A stretch of 64,000 nucleotides of DNA from Halarcobacter sp. (GTDB lineage: Bacteria; Campylobacterota; Campylobacteria; Campylobacterales; Arcobacteraceae): assembly GCA_048571215.1 (NCBI GenBank), contig CP182352.1, positions 1,088,001 to 1,152,000 of the forward strand, read 5' to 3'. Both the position numbers and the translations under genes were made by a program. Positions within the stretch are counted from its first letter, which is position 1; each line of letters opens with the position of its first letter. The notes beneath the pieces are model-generated. The model was not told the DNA's origin, did not search any database, and worked only from the letters and a program-made list of their open reading frames with translations. Of this stretch, positions 12,101-27,100 are shown piece after piece.

Positions 12101-15100
12101 AGATACTCATACTTTAACAGAGATAGAACATCTACAAGGTACAAATTATAATGATGTCTTAACAGGTGATAGTAACTTAAACAAAATGGAAGGTATGGGT
12201 GGAGATGACATTATTACTGGAAATGATGGAGCAGATCAACTTTATGGTGGAGCAAATGAGCTAAATAGTCAATCATCAGGTGATGATACTTTAGATGGAA
12301 AAGCTGGAGATGACTTCATAAGAGGTGGTGATGGAGCTGATTATATTTATGGTGGTGATGGAAAAGATACTTTATATGGTGAAGATGGAGTTGATAATAT
12401 AGATGGTGAAGCTGGTAATGATATACTTTATGGTGGAGCTTCTGATGATGCCTTAAATGGTGGTTTAGGTGCAGATACAATTTTTGGTGAGGCAGGTGAT
12501 GATACTATAACTTTTGTCCAAGCTGATAATAGTGTGGACTATGTTTATGGAGGAAATGCTTCTAATGATAGTGATACCTTAGTTGGTGATACCGTTGATT
12601 ATTCACAAGCAATTACTGGTATGACAGTTGATTTAGCTGAAAACAATCTTGAAGGTACAGCTTCAAGTGCAGATCAAGGAACAGATTATTTATATGGAAT
12701 TGAAAATATTATAGGTTCAAATCTGGCTAGCGATACTATTACAGGTAATAGTGAAGTAAATACTCTAAGTGGGATGGGTGATGATGATACTCTTTATGGT
12801 CTTGCAGGTGCAGATACACTATTAGGTGGAGCTGGTAACGATGAATTACATGGTGGAGATGATTCTGATTCTATTGATGGAGGAATTGGAAATGACTTAA
12901 TCTATGGTGATGCAGGTTTAGATACCTTAGTAGGTAATAGTGGAGATGATTCATTTATTGCTACAAGTGCAAGTGATGGAAGTGATTCAATTATCGGTGG
13001 AATAGGAAGTGATACTGTTGATTATAGTGTTATAACTGATTCAGGAAATAGTGTAACAGCAACACTGTTAGCTTCAGGTGACTCTACAGTTACTTTAGGA
13101 ACAGGAGATAATGACACTATTAATGGTATTGAAAATATCATAGGTACTTCAGGAGATGATACTTTTACAGGTAGCGCTTTAGTTAATACTTTAGTCGGTG
13201 GAGCAGGAACTGATGAGGTAAGATATGATTATGATAATGGTACAGGAGTAGTAGTAGATTTAGAAGCTGGAACTGCAACTGAAAATGGTGGAATAGTTGA
13301 TACTTTAGTAACTATTGAAAATGTAGTTGGTTCCTCTTATGATGATACTTTTGTTACAAAAAGTGGAGTTGTAAATGTAATAGATGGAGGTAATCATGTA
13401 AATGGAGATTTGATTGATTATAGTTCTACAAGTAGCTCAATTGATCTTACTTTAAATACCTCTACCCAAGCTACTGTTAATATAGCAGGTACAGTATATG
13501 ATGATATTATTTCAAATATTGAACATGTAAAGGGAAGTACATCTGCTGATACAATAACAGGGGATAGTTCAGTCAATACTCTTCTTGGAATGGCAGGAGA
13601 TGATACCCTTTCAGGGGCAGCAGGAGCCGATTATCTTGATGGTGGAGCTGGAAATGATACTTTAATAGGTGGAGCAGATGCTGATAGCTTATTTGGTGGA
13701 ATTGGTGATGATATATTTACAGGTAGTGATTTTACAGGTGATGTGATTGATGGTGGGGATGAAATAGACACTTCAAGGGGAAGTGATACTGTTGATTATA
13801 GTTCAGTTAATGTTACAACTTCTGGTGTTGAAGTTACATTAAATGATTCTACAGTTTCAAATGTAACAGTAGATGGTAATGCAAATAACCATACAATAGT
13901 AAATATAGAAAATATTTATGGAACCTCATTAGATGATATAATAATAGGTGATGCTGATTCAAATAGCTTAATTGGTAATGCAGGAACAGATTACATCGAT
14001 GGTTCAGCTGGAGATGATTATATTGATGGTGGAGCAAATACAACAGGAACTGAAACACTTATTGGTGGTTTGGGACTTGATACAATAACAGGTGGTACAG
14101 GTGTTGATTATATCTTAGGTGGAGATGATTCAGATTTACTTTATGGGAATGAAGATAATGATACCTTAGATGGTGGTGCTGGTGTTGATACCTTAGAAGG
14201 TGGAAGTGGTGATGATACTTTAATAGGTGGAGCTGGAAACGATAATCTTTCAGGTGGTACAGGAAGTGATACTGCTGATTATAGTAATGAAAGTGCCTCT
14301 ATTCAAGCAAATATTGCAAACTCTTTTGCTGTTGGTTCTTCAATAGGAACTGATACTTTTAATTCAATTGAAAATATTACAGGAACAGATTTAGGTGGTG
14401 ATGCTGATAATATTACTGGTAATGATTCTGATAATATTCTAAAAGGATTAGCCGGAGATGATACAATCTCTGAAATGGCTGGTGCAGATATTGTTGAAGG
14501 TGGAGCTGGAAATGATTATATAATTGCTGGTGCTGGAGATGATATTATAGATGGAGATGATACTGATGGGGGAACACTTAATGGAACAAGTGATACCTTA
14601 GATTATAGTTCTTTAGCAATCAACGATGATACTGGTGATACAAGAGATATTGATGGAAGTGGTATTGACTCAAATGTATCAGATGCTTATCTTGGGATAG
14701 AAGTTGACTTATCTGTAACATCTTCTCAAAGAATTCATGCAGAATATGGTAGTGATACTATTACAAATATAGAAAATATAATTGGATCTGACAAAGGAGA
14801 TTATATCTCAGGTAATGATTCAGCTAATATACTTGAAGGTAGAGCAGGAAACGATTATTTAGTAGGACTTGATGGAGCAGATAAACTTATAGGTGGTAGT
14901 GGAACTGATACAGGAGACTTTACCCTAGGTTCACAAGATGTGGTTATAGATATGACAAAATCACAAACAGATGGTAGCTCAAATACATATAGAATTGAAA
15001 ATGATGGTTATGGAAATGCTGAATATTTAGATGGTGTAGAAAATATTATAACAGGAAGTGGAGATGATACTATCTATGGGGATGCTTTATCAAATACAAT

Positions 15101-18100
15101 TATAACAGGAGCAGGAAATGATACCATAAGAGGTGGAGGTGATGCTGATGTTATTGATGGTGGAGCAGATGAAGATACAGCAGATTTTTCAGATTTAGCT
15201 TATGGGGTTACAGTTGATTTAGATACAGATAACAATAGTGGAAATAGTGCAGTAGGTACAGCTTTATCAAATGGTAAAACTGATACTTTAAGAGAAATAG
15301 AAAATGTAATAGGTACTGAAAGAGCTGATAATATAACAGGTGATGATAAAAATAACACTATATTGGGTGGAGCAGATAATGACACCTTAAGAGGTCTTGA
15401 AGGACAAGATTATTTTGATGGTGGAGATGGATCTGCTGATACAATAGATTTTAGTGATGGTACAGAAGGTATAGATGTAGATTTAAGTGTAACTCAAACT
15501 CTTGGAACAAGTTCAACATATACAGTTCAAAATGATGGGTTTGGAAATGCAGAATATGCAGCTGGTATAGAGAACATAATTGGTACAAACTCTGTAGATA
15601 TTATTACAGGAGATAGTAATAATAACTTACTTGATGGTGGAGCTTCTGGGGATACAATTTCAGGTGGAGCAGGAAGTGATACTCTTGTTGGGCAAACTGG
15701 TGCTGATACTTTCTTAGGTGGTGCAGGAGATGATTATATCTATGGTAATGCTCAAAATATATCAAGTGCAGATAGTGATAGAGATGTAGTTGATTATTCA
15801 AGTGCTTCTAACTCTATATTATTAAATCTTTCTTCAAGTGATAGCACTATAGAGTTATCAAATGAAACAACAACAACCTTAGGTACCCAAACAGCAGTTG
15901 GAGATGGTACAGATAGACTTTATGATATACAAGATGTTATTGGTTCAAATTTAGCTGATACTATAGTAGGAGATGATACAAGTAATTCACTTTTTGGTAA
16001 TGGTGGTAATGATATTTTAATTGGTGGACTTGGTGCTGATGTTATTGAAGGTCAAGGTGATAATGATACTATTTTAGGTGGTCTTGATGGTGATGTTATT
16101 TATGGGGGAACTGTAAGTGCTGGAACCCATACTGATAGTGGAAATGACACAGTTGATTATAGTTATCTAAGTGATGCAACAGCTATAAATGTTGATTTAT
16201 CTTTAGATGATAATGATGCAACTACAAACAATGAACAAGAGATAAAAGTTATAGGCGATGCAACTAGTTATGATTCTGTTGAAGGTATTGAAAATATTGT
16301 AGGTACTAGAAACAATGATATTATTAAAGGTAGTGATGATTTTGCCGAAACAAATATCTTAGATGGGTATAAAGGGAATGATACTTTTTATGCTTCAAAA
16401 GGGGTTGATACCTTTATTGGTGGAGATGGAATTGATACTTTAGATTTTAGCAATATTGATACAAATAGTAGCACTGTGACAACAGAAGATGATGGAAATG
16501 CAGTAATTGTTGATTTAGGTTTAGAACAAGCTACAGATGATGGGTATCAAAATGGAAGTGCTGTCGTTGATACAATTAGAGATATAGAAATTGTTATTGG
16601 TACAACAGGTGATGATCAATTAAGAGGTAGCAGTGAAGCTAATACTTTGATTGGTGGAGAAGGAAATGATACTATAACAGGTGTTGCAGGTACAAACTTA
16701 CTTCAAGGTGGAGATGGTGATGATTCTATTCTTGGTGGTTCTGATGCAGATACAATAGAAGGTGGAATAGGAGCCGATACTTTAAGTGGTGGTGTAGGTG
16801 ATGATAGTATTTCTGGTGGTGATGGTAATGATATTATAAATAAAACTAATGCAACAGGAAATGACTCTATTGATGCAGGTCTTGGAGATGATACTATCTA
16901 CTCAGGTGAGGGTGATAATATTCTTACAGGTGGAGATGGAAGTGATACTTTAACTTATGAGCAAATAACATCAACAGGTATTACAGCTAATCTTGGAAGT
17001 GGAGCAAGTGGAGATTTTGGAACTGTTACCATTGGAAGTGATACTGATACATTACAAGATCACTTTGAGATTGTAAAAGGTTCAGCTGATACAGATACTA
17101 TTCTAGGGTTTAATGGTACAGCAGTTGTTGGGGTTGATTATAGTGATACTCTATATGGTAAAGGTTCAAGTGATTCTCTTTTTGGTGGTATTGGAGATGA
17201 TATTATTTATGGTGAAAATGGTGATGATATCATAAGAGGACAAGCTGGAAATGATGTGATTGATGGAGGTGCTGGAACTGATACAATTGATTTTAGTGAT
17301 GCAAATGTTGGTGTAGAAGTCTATTTAAATGGTACAGATAAAAATAATAATGCAGTTGCCCATGAAGTTATCGAAGATGGATTTGGTGGTCAAGATGATA
17401 TAACATCTGTTGAAAAAGTTACTGGGTCTAATTATGACGATACAATAAAAGGAACAGATTCTTGGAATAATATAAGTTCAGGTTCTGGAGATGACACTAT
17501 AATTGCAACAAGTGGTGGAGATACTATCAATGGTGGTTCAAATACTACAGGTGCAGGTGGGGGAGATTGGTTAAGTTTTGAAGCTTTAACTTCAGCAGTT
17601 AATGCAAAAATGCAAGATGGTCAAATCTCTGGTGGACTTGGTAGTACAACCATATCAAATATCGAGAATCTACTGGGAACAACTTTAGATGATACTTTAA
17701 TAGGTGATGATAATAATAACTCTCTTGATGGAAATAGTGGAGATGATACTATAGATGGAGCAGGTGGTGCTGATAATTTATTTGGTAGTACAGGAAATGA
17801 TACTTTAATAGGTGGAGATGGAATTGATACCTATGATGGTGGAGATGGTAGTGATACTATTAGTTTCTACGATGTTGAAGCATCAGTCGATGTTGACTTA
17901 TCAAGCTCTACTGTAAATGAAGATGGATTTGGAAATACAGAATCAGGGGCGATAAGTGCTATTGAAAATATTATTGGTACACTAAACTATGCAGATATCT
18001 TGACAGGTGATAATAGTGATAATATTATTTATGGGTATGGTGGAAATGACACTATAAATGCTCTTGGTGGATTTGATACAGTTTATGGTGGAACTGGTAA

Positions 18101-21100
18101 TGATATTATAAACTCAGGAAACGACACAGATGATACAAGCGAAGATGTAGTTTTTGGTCAAGAGGGTATTGATACTATTACAGGAACTTTTGATAAAGCT
18201 GTACTTTATGGAGATAATGTTGGTGGTTCAAATGCCGAAGAGGATTGGATTGATTATTCTAGCTCAACAAGTGGTATAACTGTAGATTTAAGTGGAAATG
18301 TTGCAAATTCTACATACACTTTAGATAGTGCAAATGATGCTTTAGATGGAACCTATGTAAAAGTTACAAACAATGATTCTCCAACAGATTTTGATTTGAT
18401 TGCTCAAATAGAAAATATTATAGGTACAGACCAAGTTGATACTTTAGGTGGTAATGATAGTGAAGACAATTCTATTTTAGCTGGAGATGGTGATGATACA
18501 ATTTACCATTCAAACTCTGTTGGTAATAACTATGTAGATGGTCAAGGTGGAAGTGACTGGTTGAGTTTAGAGTATTATGCTGTTAACATTGACCTAAGTT
18601 CTGGAACTAACGGTATTTATAATATTGAGAATCTTATTGATAAACAAACTGGTTCTAGTAGAACTATTTGGGGGTCAAATACTGATAATATATTTATAAT
18701 GTATGATGGAAATGACCATGTTTTAGGAAGATCTGGTAATGATATTTATGATTTAGGTGATGGTGATGATAGAGCAAGTGCTAGTTTAGGTAGTGATACT
18801 ATTATTGGTGGTGCTGGACAAGATACACTTGATTATAGAAACTATTGGACAGGTCAAAGTACAAATATAATTTTACAAGATGTAAATATTGATACAAATG
18901 ATGATGGAATAGGCGATACAAGTGTAAGTAGTCTTGTTACAAATATTGATATAGCTGGATTACAAACCTTAACTGATGGTAATTATAGTTTCTTTAATGT
19001 TACAGATGCAAGAGGTTATACGGATTATATTTATAAAGAAGCTGATGGAACTGCTGATATTGAAAGATTTTATCTAAGTAATGTTGCTGATGTTTTTGTT
19101 GGTGATGAAGGAGATAATACTGTAAATGCCTATGAAGGAAATGATACTGTTCTTGGAATGGGTGGTGATGATATATTAAATGGTAATAGCGGAGCTGATT
19201 TAATCTATGGTGGAACAGGAAATGATGATTTAGATGGTAGTGATGGTGACGATAGAGTCTATGGTGAAGATGGAAATGATATTATAAATGGTGGAGAAAA
19301 CAACGATACACTTTGGGGTGGTATAGGAGATGATAACCTATATGGAGATAATGGAATTGATATTATTTATGATGAAGAGGGAACAGATTATATAAATGGT
19401 GGAGCTGATGAGGATACTGTTATATTTAAAGAGGGAACTCAAGGAGTAGATGTAGACTTAAATGCTGGAAGTAGTACAGATGCCTTTGGAAATTCACAAA
19501 CTATTACTAATGTGGAAAATATTACTGCTACTTCTATGGATGATATTATTATAGGTGAAGATGGGGTTACAAATATTATTTATGGTCTTGATGGTAATGA
19601 TACCTTTACAGTTACAACAAATGAAACTGGAAAATCAGACTATATATATGGTGGAGATGGAACAAATGATAAAGTAATATTAAGTGATAATGTTGATGGA
19701 TCAGTTGGAGATGCAAATGGTAATATTTTAGTTGATCCAGATAGTGATTCTACAACTTATGATACCACTGTTGATATGTTGACTGATAATAATATTGAAT
19801 TTGTCTCTTCAGGTGCAAATAATTCTACTAAGATTTACGATATTGAAGATGTAGATGGTAGTATAAAAGATGATTATATAAAAGCTGACGGGGAAGATAA
19901 TACTATAACAGGTAATGCAGGTAATGACTATATCCAGGGATTAGCAGGTGCTGATAATATAGATGCTGGAACTGGAGATGATATTGTTGAAGGTGGAACT
20001 GGAAATGATACTTTAGATGGTGGAACAGGAGTTGATACCTTAGTTTATACTAACTCTTTATCAGGGGTTACAGTAAATCTAAATACTTCAACATCAACAG
20101 GTGCAGATATTGGTACAGACAATATCTCAAATTTTGAAAATATCTTAGGAAGTTCTTCAGGTGATGTTTTAACAGGTGATAATAGTACAAGTGTAGGAAA
20201 TACGATTTATGGTCAAGGTGGAGCAGATTCTATATATGGTTTAGCAGGTGATGATGAACTTCATGGTGGAGATAACAATGACTATATAGATGGTGGAGCT
20301 GGAAATGATAATCTTTTTGGTGATGGGGGAGATGATTCTTTTGTGACAAGTGCAGGCGATGATACTATAGATGGTGGAGCAAATAGTGATACTGTTGATT
20401 ATAGTAGTGCAACAGGGCCTTTAAATGTTACCCTAACAGATAGTGGTACAACAACCATAACAATAGATGGAAATGATTCCTTAACTAATGTAGAAAATCT
20501 TATTGGGACTAGTGCAGATGATATTATCACAGGTGAGTCAAATAACAATACTTTTGTAGGTAATGCAGGTGATGATACCTTAAAAGGTGCAGGTGGTGAT
20601 GATAACCTTCAAGGTGGAACAGGTGATGATACCCTTTATGGTGGAACAGGAACAAATATTATAAATGGTGGAGAAGGAAGTGAAACTACAGGAGACTGGA
20701 TAAGTTATACTGATGTTGTAGGAGATGTTAATATAAATTTAGCTTCTGGAACTGCAACAGGTGCTGTTGATGATACTATATCATTTATAGAACATATAGA
20801 GATGGGTGATGGAAATGATACTGTTCAAGGTGATATTTATGACAATAGCTTACTTGGTGGAAATGGAAGTGATACGCTAAGTGTTTCAACTGCAACAGGA
20901 GGAGTTACTTTCAATGTTACAAATAACAATGGTACCACTTCAGGTGCAGGAGTTGGAACTGACAATTTTGAAAGTTTTGAAAACTTTGAGGGTTCAAGTT
21001 ATGCAGATACTTTAAACACAGCAGCTATTGATAATATCACCTTCAATGGAGCAGGAAACACTGATACTATAGATTATACAGGCTTAAGTACAGCAGTTAC

Positions 21101-24100
21101 TGTTACAGTAAACAATAACAATCCAATAACAGTAAATGATGGAACAAATGAAGATACATTAACAAATGTTGAACATATAATCTCAGGTAGTGGTGATGAT
21201 ACTTTCAATTATACAGGAACTCCAAATGTAACAATTCTTGATGCTGGAGCTGGAAGTGATACCTTGGCATTAAATGGAGATGTTGATTTATCTGGTGTAA
21301 CTCTTTTAAATTTTGAAAATATAATCGTAAAAGATGGAGATACAGCAACTTTAAGTGCTACAGATTTAGATGATAAAACATATGATATAGAACTTCAAGG
21401 AAGCGGAAGTTTAATAGTTAATGCTACTGCATTGGCAAGTGACCATGACTTTGATAATATAACTGTAACAAAAACAGGAACAGCTACAGGAACTTTTACC
21501 CTTCAAGTAGATAATAGTGTAGATTTAACAGCTCATGATATAAATGGAACAAATAATATTATTGATATTATTAAAGTAAACAGTGGAACGGTAACCCTTA
21601 GTGAAACACAAGTTACAAGTGGCACAGTTGTAGTAAATGGTGCAGGAAGTGCAGTTGTTGAAGTAAGTAGTGATAGTTCAACTGATTTCTCTACGATTTT
21701 AGCTTTAGATACACCTTCAAATGAAACTATACAGTTTACCGCAGACTCAACCTTTAGCGGGAACTTTGGAGATTCTACTGGAAGTGTAGATAGTGGAGTA
21801 ACTCTAACAGCAGATGCAGTTATTATTGATGGAGTAAGTGTAACGAATAGTGGAACTGTTAATGTAACAGATTTAGACAATGATGCAGGTTTAAATGATG
21901 CTGATGCAGATTTATCAACTATCATTGGTGGAACAATTAACGCTACATGGAATGGCACAGATACCTTTACTGGTAACTTAGGTAACGCTATAGTTGATAT
22001 AGCAAGTGGAACAATGAGCACTGATGGTTCTTTAATTGATGGAAAAATAATTTTAGGGGCAGGAACTTTAACAATAACTGGAAGTGGCGATGGTAGTTTA
22101 GATGTAAGTAATATTACAACAACTCCAGCATTAGATATTAATATAACAGATGGAGCAACTACACTTACAGGAGTATCTATTGATGTTGATGCAAGTGGGT
22201 CATCATCAGCAATTACTGTTGAAACAGGTGATGGTAGCTTAGATATAACTGGTGGAAGTGGAAGTGATAATGTAACATATACCTCTTCAACAACTCTTAG
22301 TGGAACATTAACAAGCGTTGAGAGTGTTACTATAAATAGTGGTATAACATTAACTTCTGCATTTAGTGATATTAATGTTGTAGCAAGTATTACAGGTACA
22401 GGAACATTAACCTTGACTGATACCAGTATTGATGCTACAGATTTAAATAATCTTGATACTAAAACAAATGGAACTGTAGATGCTTCTTCTTTAACTTCAA
22501 TGAATGGTTCTATAGCTGACTTAACTACTGCATATAATGCTTCAGGAATATCTGGCTTAGGTAATGAAAATGTTACAACAACAGATACAGGAACAGTTGT
22601 ATCAACAGATATAACAACTTTATCTGGATTAACAACAGGGACAGTAACTATTGATTCAGCAGTTACTGAACTTACTGGAACAATATCTGAAGTACAAGCA
22701 GTGTATGATGCAAGTAATGTAACTATTGATGCAGATGAAAATGTTACAGTTAGTGATATAAATGCTTCTGCAAGCAGTTTAAATACTCTTAACTCTTCTA
22801 CCACAGGCTTAGTAACAGCAACAAATGTAGCAAATATAACAAGTAGTAGCTTTGCAGATGTAAATACCTTGATAAGTAATAAAGGAACAAGTGGAGATGC
22901 AATAAATGTAGATGGGAACTATAATGTAGTACTTTCAGATACATCAATAAGTGCGGCAAATGTAAAAGTAGTAAATGATGATACAAGTGGAGCTATAGAT
23001 ATATCAGCAGCAACAACAATAACAAGCTCAAGTGTATCAGATGTGTTAGAAATAGTAAATAATACAGGATCTAACTTTACAACAGCAAGTAATTATGCAG
23101 TAACATTAAGTGATAGTTCATTATCAGCAGCAGATGTAAAAACAATTAATGATGATAATGGAACAGGAGCTATAGATATATCAGCAGCAACAACAATAAC
23201 AAGCTCAAGTGTGTCAGATGTGTTAGAGATAGTAAATAATACAGGATCTAACTTTACAACAGCAAGTAATTATGCAGTAACATTAAGTGATAGTTCATTA
23301 TCAGCAGCAGATGTAAAAACAATTAATGATGATAATGGAACAGGAGCTATAGATATATCAGCAGCAACAACAATAACAAGCTCAAGTGTGTCAGATGTGC
23401 TAGAGATAGTAAATGATACAAATTCTAACTTTACAACAGCAAGTGATTATACAGTAACATTAAGTGATACAAGTGCAAGTGCAGCAGATTTAAATGCAAT
23501 AAATGCAGATACCACAGGCTTAGTAACAGCAACAAATGTAGCAAATATAACAAGTAGTAGCTTCGCAGATGTAAATACCTTGATAAGTAATAAAGGAACA
23601 AGTGGAGATGCAATAAATGTAGATGGGAACTATAATGTAGTACTTTCAGATACATCAATAAGTGCGGCAAATGTAAAAGTAGTAAATGATGATACAAGTG
23701 GAGCTATAGATATATCAGCAGCAACAACAATAACAAGCTCAAGTGTGTCAGATGTGTTAGAGATAGTAAATAATACAGGATCTAACTTTACAACAGCAAG
23801 TAATTATGCAGTAACATTAAGTGATAGTTCATTATCAGCAGCAGATGTAAAAACAATTAATGATGATAATGGAACAGGAGCTATAGATATATCAGCAGCA
23901 ACAACAATAACAAGCTCAAGTGTGTCAGATGTGCTAGAGATAGTAAATGATACAAATTCTAACTTTACAACAGCAAGTGATTATACAGTAACATTAAGTG
24001 ATAGTTCATTATCAGCAGCAGATGTAAAAACAATTAATGATGATAATGGAACAGGAGCTATAGATATATCAGCAGCAACAACAATAACAAGCTCAAGTGT

Positions 24101-27100
24101 GTCAGATGTGCTAGAGATAGTAAATGATACAAATTCTAACTTTACAACAGCAAGTGATTATACAGTAACATTAAGTGATACAAGTGCAAGTGCAGCAGAT
24201 TTAAATGCAATAAATGCAGATACCACAGGCTTAGTAACAGCAACAAATGTAGCAAATATAACAAGTAGTAGCTTCGCAGATGTAAATACCTTGATAAGTA
24301 ATAAAGGAACAAGTGGAGATGCAATAAATGTAGATGGGAACTATAATGTAGTACTTTCAGATACATCAATAAGTGCGGCAAATGTAAAAGTAGTAAATGA
24401 TGATACAAGTGGAGCTATAGATATATCAGCAGCAACAACAATAACAAGCTCAAGTGTGTCAGATGTGTTAGAGATAGTAAATAATACAGGATCTAACTTT
24501 ACAACAGCAAGTAATTATGCAGTAACATTAAGTGATAGTTCATTATCAGCAGCAGATGTAAAAACAATTAATGATGATAATGGAACAGGAGCTATAGATA
24601 TATCAGCAGCAACAACAATAACAAGCTCAAGTGTGTCAGATGTGCTAGAGATAGTAAATGATACAAATTCTAACTTTACAACAGCAAGTGATTATACAGT
24701 AACATTAAGTGATACAAGTGCAAGTGCAGCAGATTTAAATGCAATAAATGCAGATACCACAGGCTTAGTAACAGCAACAAATGTAGCAAATATAACAAGT
24801 AGTAGCTTCGCAGATGTAAATACCTTGATAAGTAATAAAGGAACAAGTGGAGATGCAATAAATGTAGATGGGAACTATAATGTAGTACTTTCAGATACAT
24901 CAATAAGTGCGGCAAATGTAAAAGTAGTAAATGATGATACAAGTGGAGCTATAGATATATCAGCAGCAACAACAATAACAAGCTCAAGTGTATCAGATGT
25001 GTTAGAGATAGTAAATAATACAGGATCTAACTTTACAACAGCAAGTAATTATGCAGTAACATTAAGTGATAGTTCATTATCAGCAGCAGATGTAAAAACA
25101 ATTAATGATGATAATGGAACAGGAGCTATAGATATATCAGCAGCAACAACAATAACAAGCTCAAGTGTGTCAGATGTGTTAGAGATAGTAAATAATACAG
25201 GATCTAACTTTACAACAGCAAGTAATTATGCAGTAACATTAAGTGATAGTTCATTATCAGCAGCAGATGTAAAAACAATTAATGATGATAATGGAACAGG
25301 AGCTATAGATATATCAGCAGCAACAACAATAACAAGCTCAAGTGTGTCAGATGTGCTAGAGATAGTAAATGATACAAATTCTAACTTTACAACAGCAAGT
25401 GATTATACAGTAACATTAAGTGATACAAGTGCAAGTGCAGCAGATTTAAATGCAATAAATGCAGATACCACAGGCTTAGTAACAGCAACAAATGTAGCAA
25501 ATATAACAAGTAGTAGCTTCGCAGATGTAAATACCTTGATAAGTAATAAAGGAACAAGTGGAGATGCAATAAATGTAGATGGGAACTATAATGTAGTACT
25601 TTCAGATACATCAATAAGTGCGGCAAATGTAAAAGTAGTAAATGATGATACAAGTGGAGCTATAGATATATCAGCAGCAACAACAATAACAAGCTCAAGT
25701 GTGTCAGATGTGTTAGAAATAGTAAATAATACAGGATCTAACTTTACAACAGCAAGTAATTATGCAGTAACATTAAGTGATAGTTCATTATCAGCAGCAG
25801 ATGTAAAAACAATTAATGATGATAATGGAACAGGAGCTATAGATATATCAGCAGCAACAACAATAACAAGCTCAAGTGTGTCAGATGTGTTAGAGATAGT
25901 AAATAATACAGGATCTAACTTTACAACAGCAAGTGATTATACAGTAACATTAAGTGATAGTGCTAGTGCCTCTGAATTAAATAGTATTGCAGGAGATACA
26001 ACAGGTGTAGTAACAGCAACTTTAGATGCAAATACAACAATAAGTGATGCAACATTAACCTCTTTAGCTAATGTTGATGTTAATGATATAATAACTTTAA
26101 ATTCAACAGTAACAACAGCTGATGCAACTGCATTAAACGATTTAGATGCTTTGCTTGATACAAAAACATACTCAATTAGTGAAATTACAGAAGCTTATGA
26201 TACAGCAAACTTAACAACAGAGATAAATGATGCCTTGGTAATAGTACCAAACGCAAATGTGACAATTACAGGTGGTGAAATATCTGCATCAAATGCAAAT
26301 ACTATAGCAGACCAAACATCTGGTAAACTAAATGCTACTATTACAGCAGCAACAGCAGCAGTCTTAGCTGGAGCTCTTGTAAATGCAAGTGCTAGTGATG
26401 AATTAACTATAAGTGTGAATGATGATGCAAGTGCAACACAAGCTTCAAATTTAGTTACTTTAGATTCAAAAACATCAATAGCTGTAAATGCAAATGCAGT
26501 AACTTCTATTACAGGGACTTTAAGTGAATATAATAACCTTGTAAGTGCAGATGTAAATATAGACAACGATTATCTCTTAGAAATTAGTGATACTAATACT
26601 GCAAGTGATATTAATGCAATATTAAATAATACAAGTTCAGCAGTAACTGCAACAATTAGTTCAGATAGTGCTTCAAATCTTAAAACAAATCTTTCAAATG
26701 CTACAAGCTCAGATGCCTTAAATCTTACTATATCAGGGGCAAGTGCAAATGCATCTGATTTATTGGCACTTGATTTAAAAACTTCACAAACAATTGACGC
26801 ATCTAGTTTAACTAATATCAGTGGTTCTTTAGATAATTTAAATAGTATATATAATAGTGGAGATTTTAGTGGATTAGGAGATGAGAATTTATCTATAACA
26901 GATACAGGTAGTGTTACATCAACTCAATTAAATGATATATTAACAGAGACAAGTGGAACTATAACTTTAAGTGGGACAGGTTCATTACAAGTTTCAGTTG
27001 CAAATGGGGATAGTTTAGATTTAAGTGGAGTAACAAATAGTTTAAGTGGTAACTTAACTATAAATGATACAACAGGAAATGAAAATATCACAGGAACATC

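Noticed and set aside
22800..25960. Possible CRISPR array or non-coding repeat
   Set aside because: Units are long, in-frame and contiguous, with no unique spacers and no cas genes.
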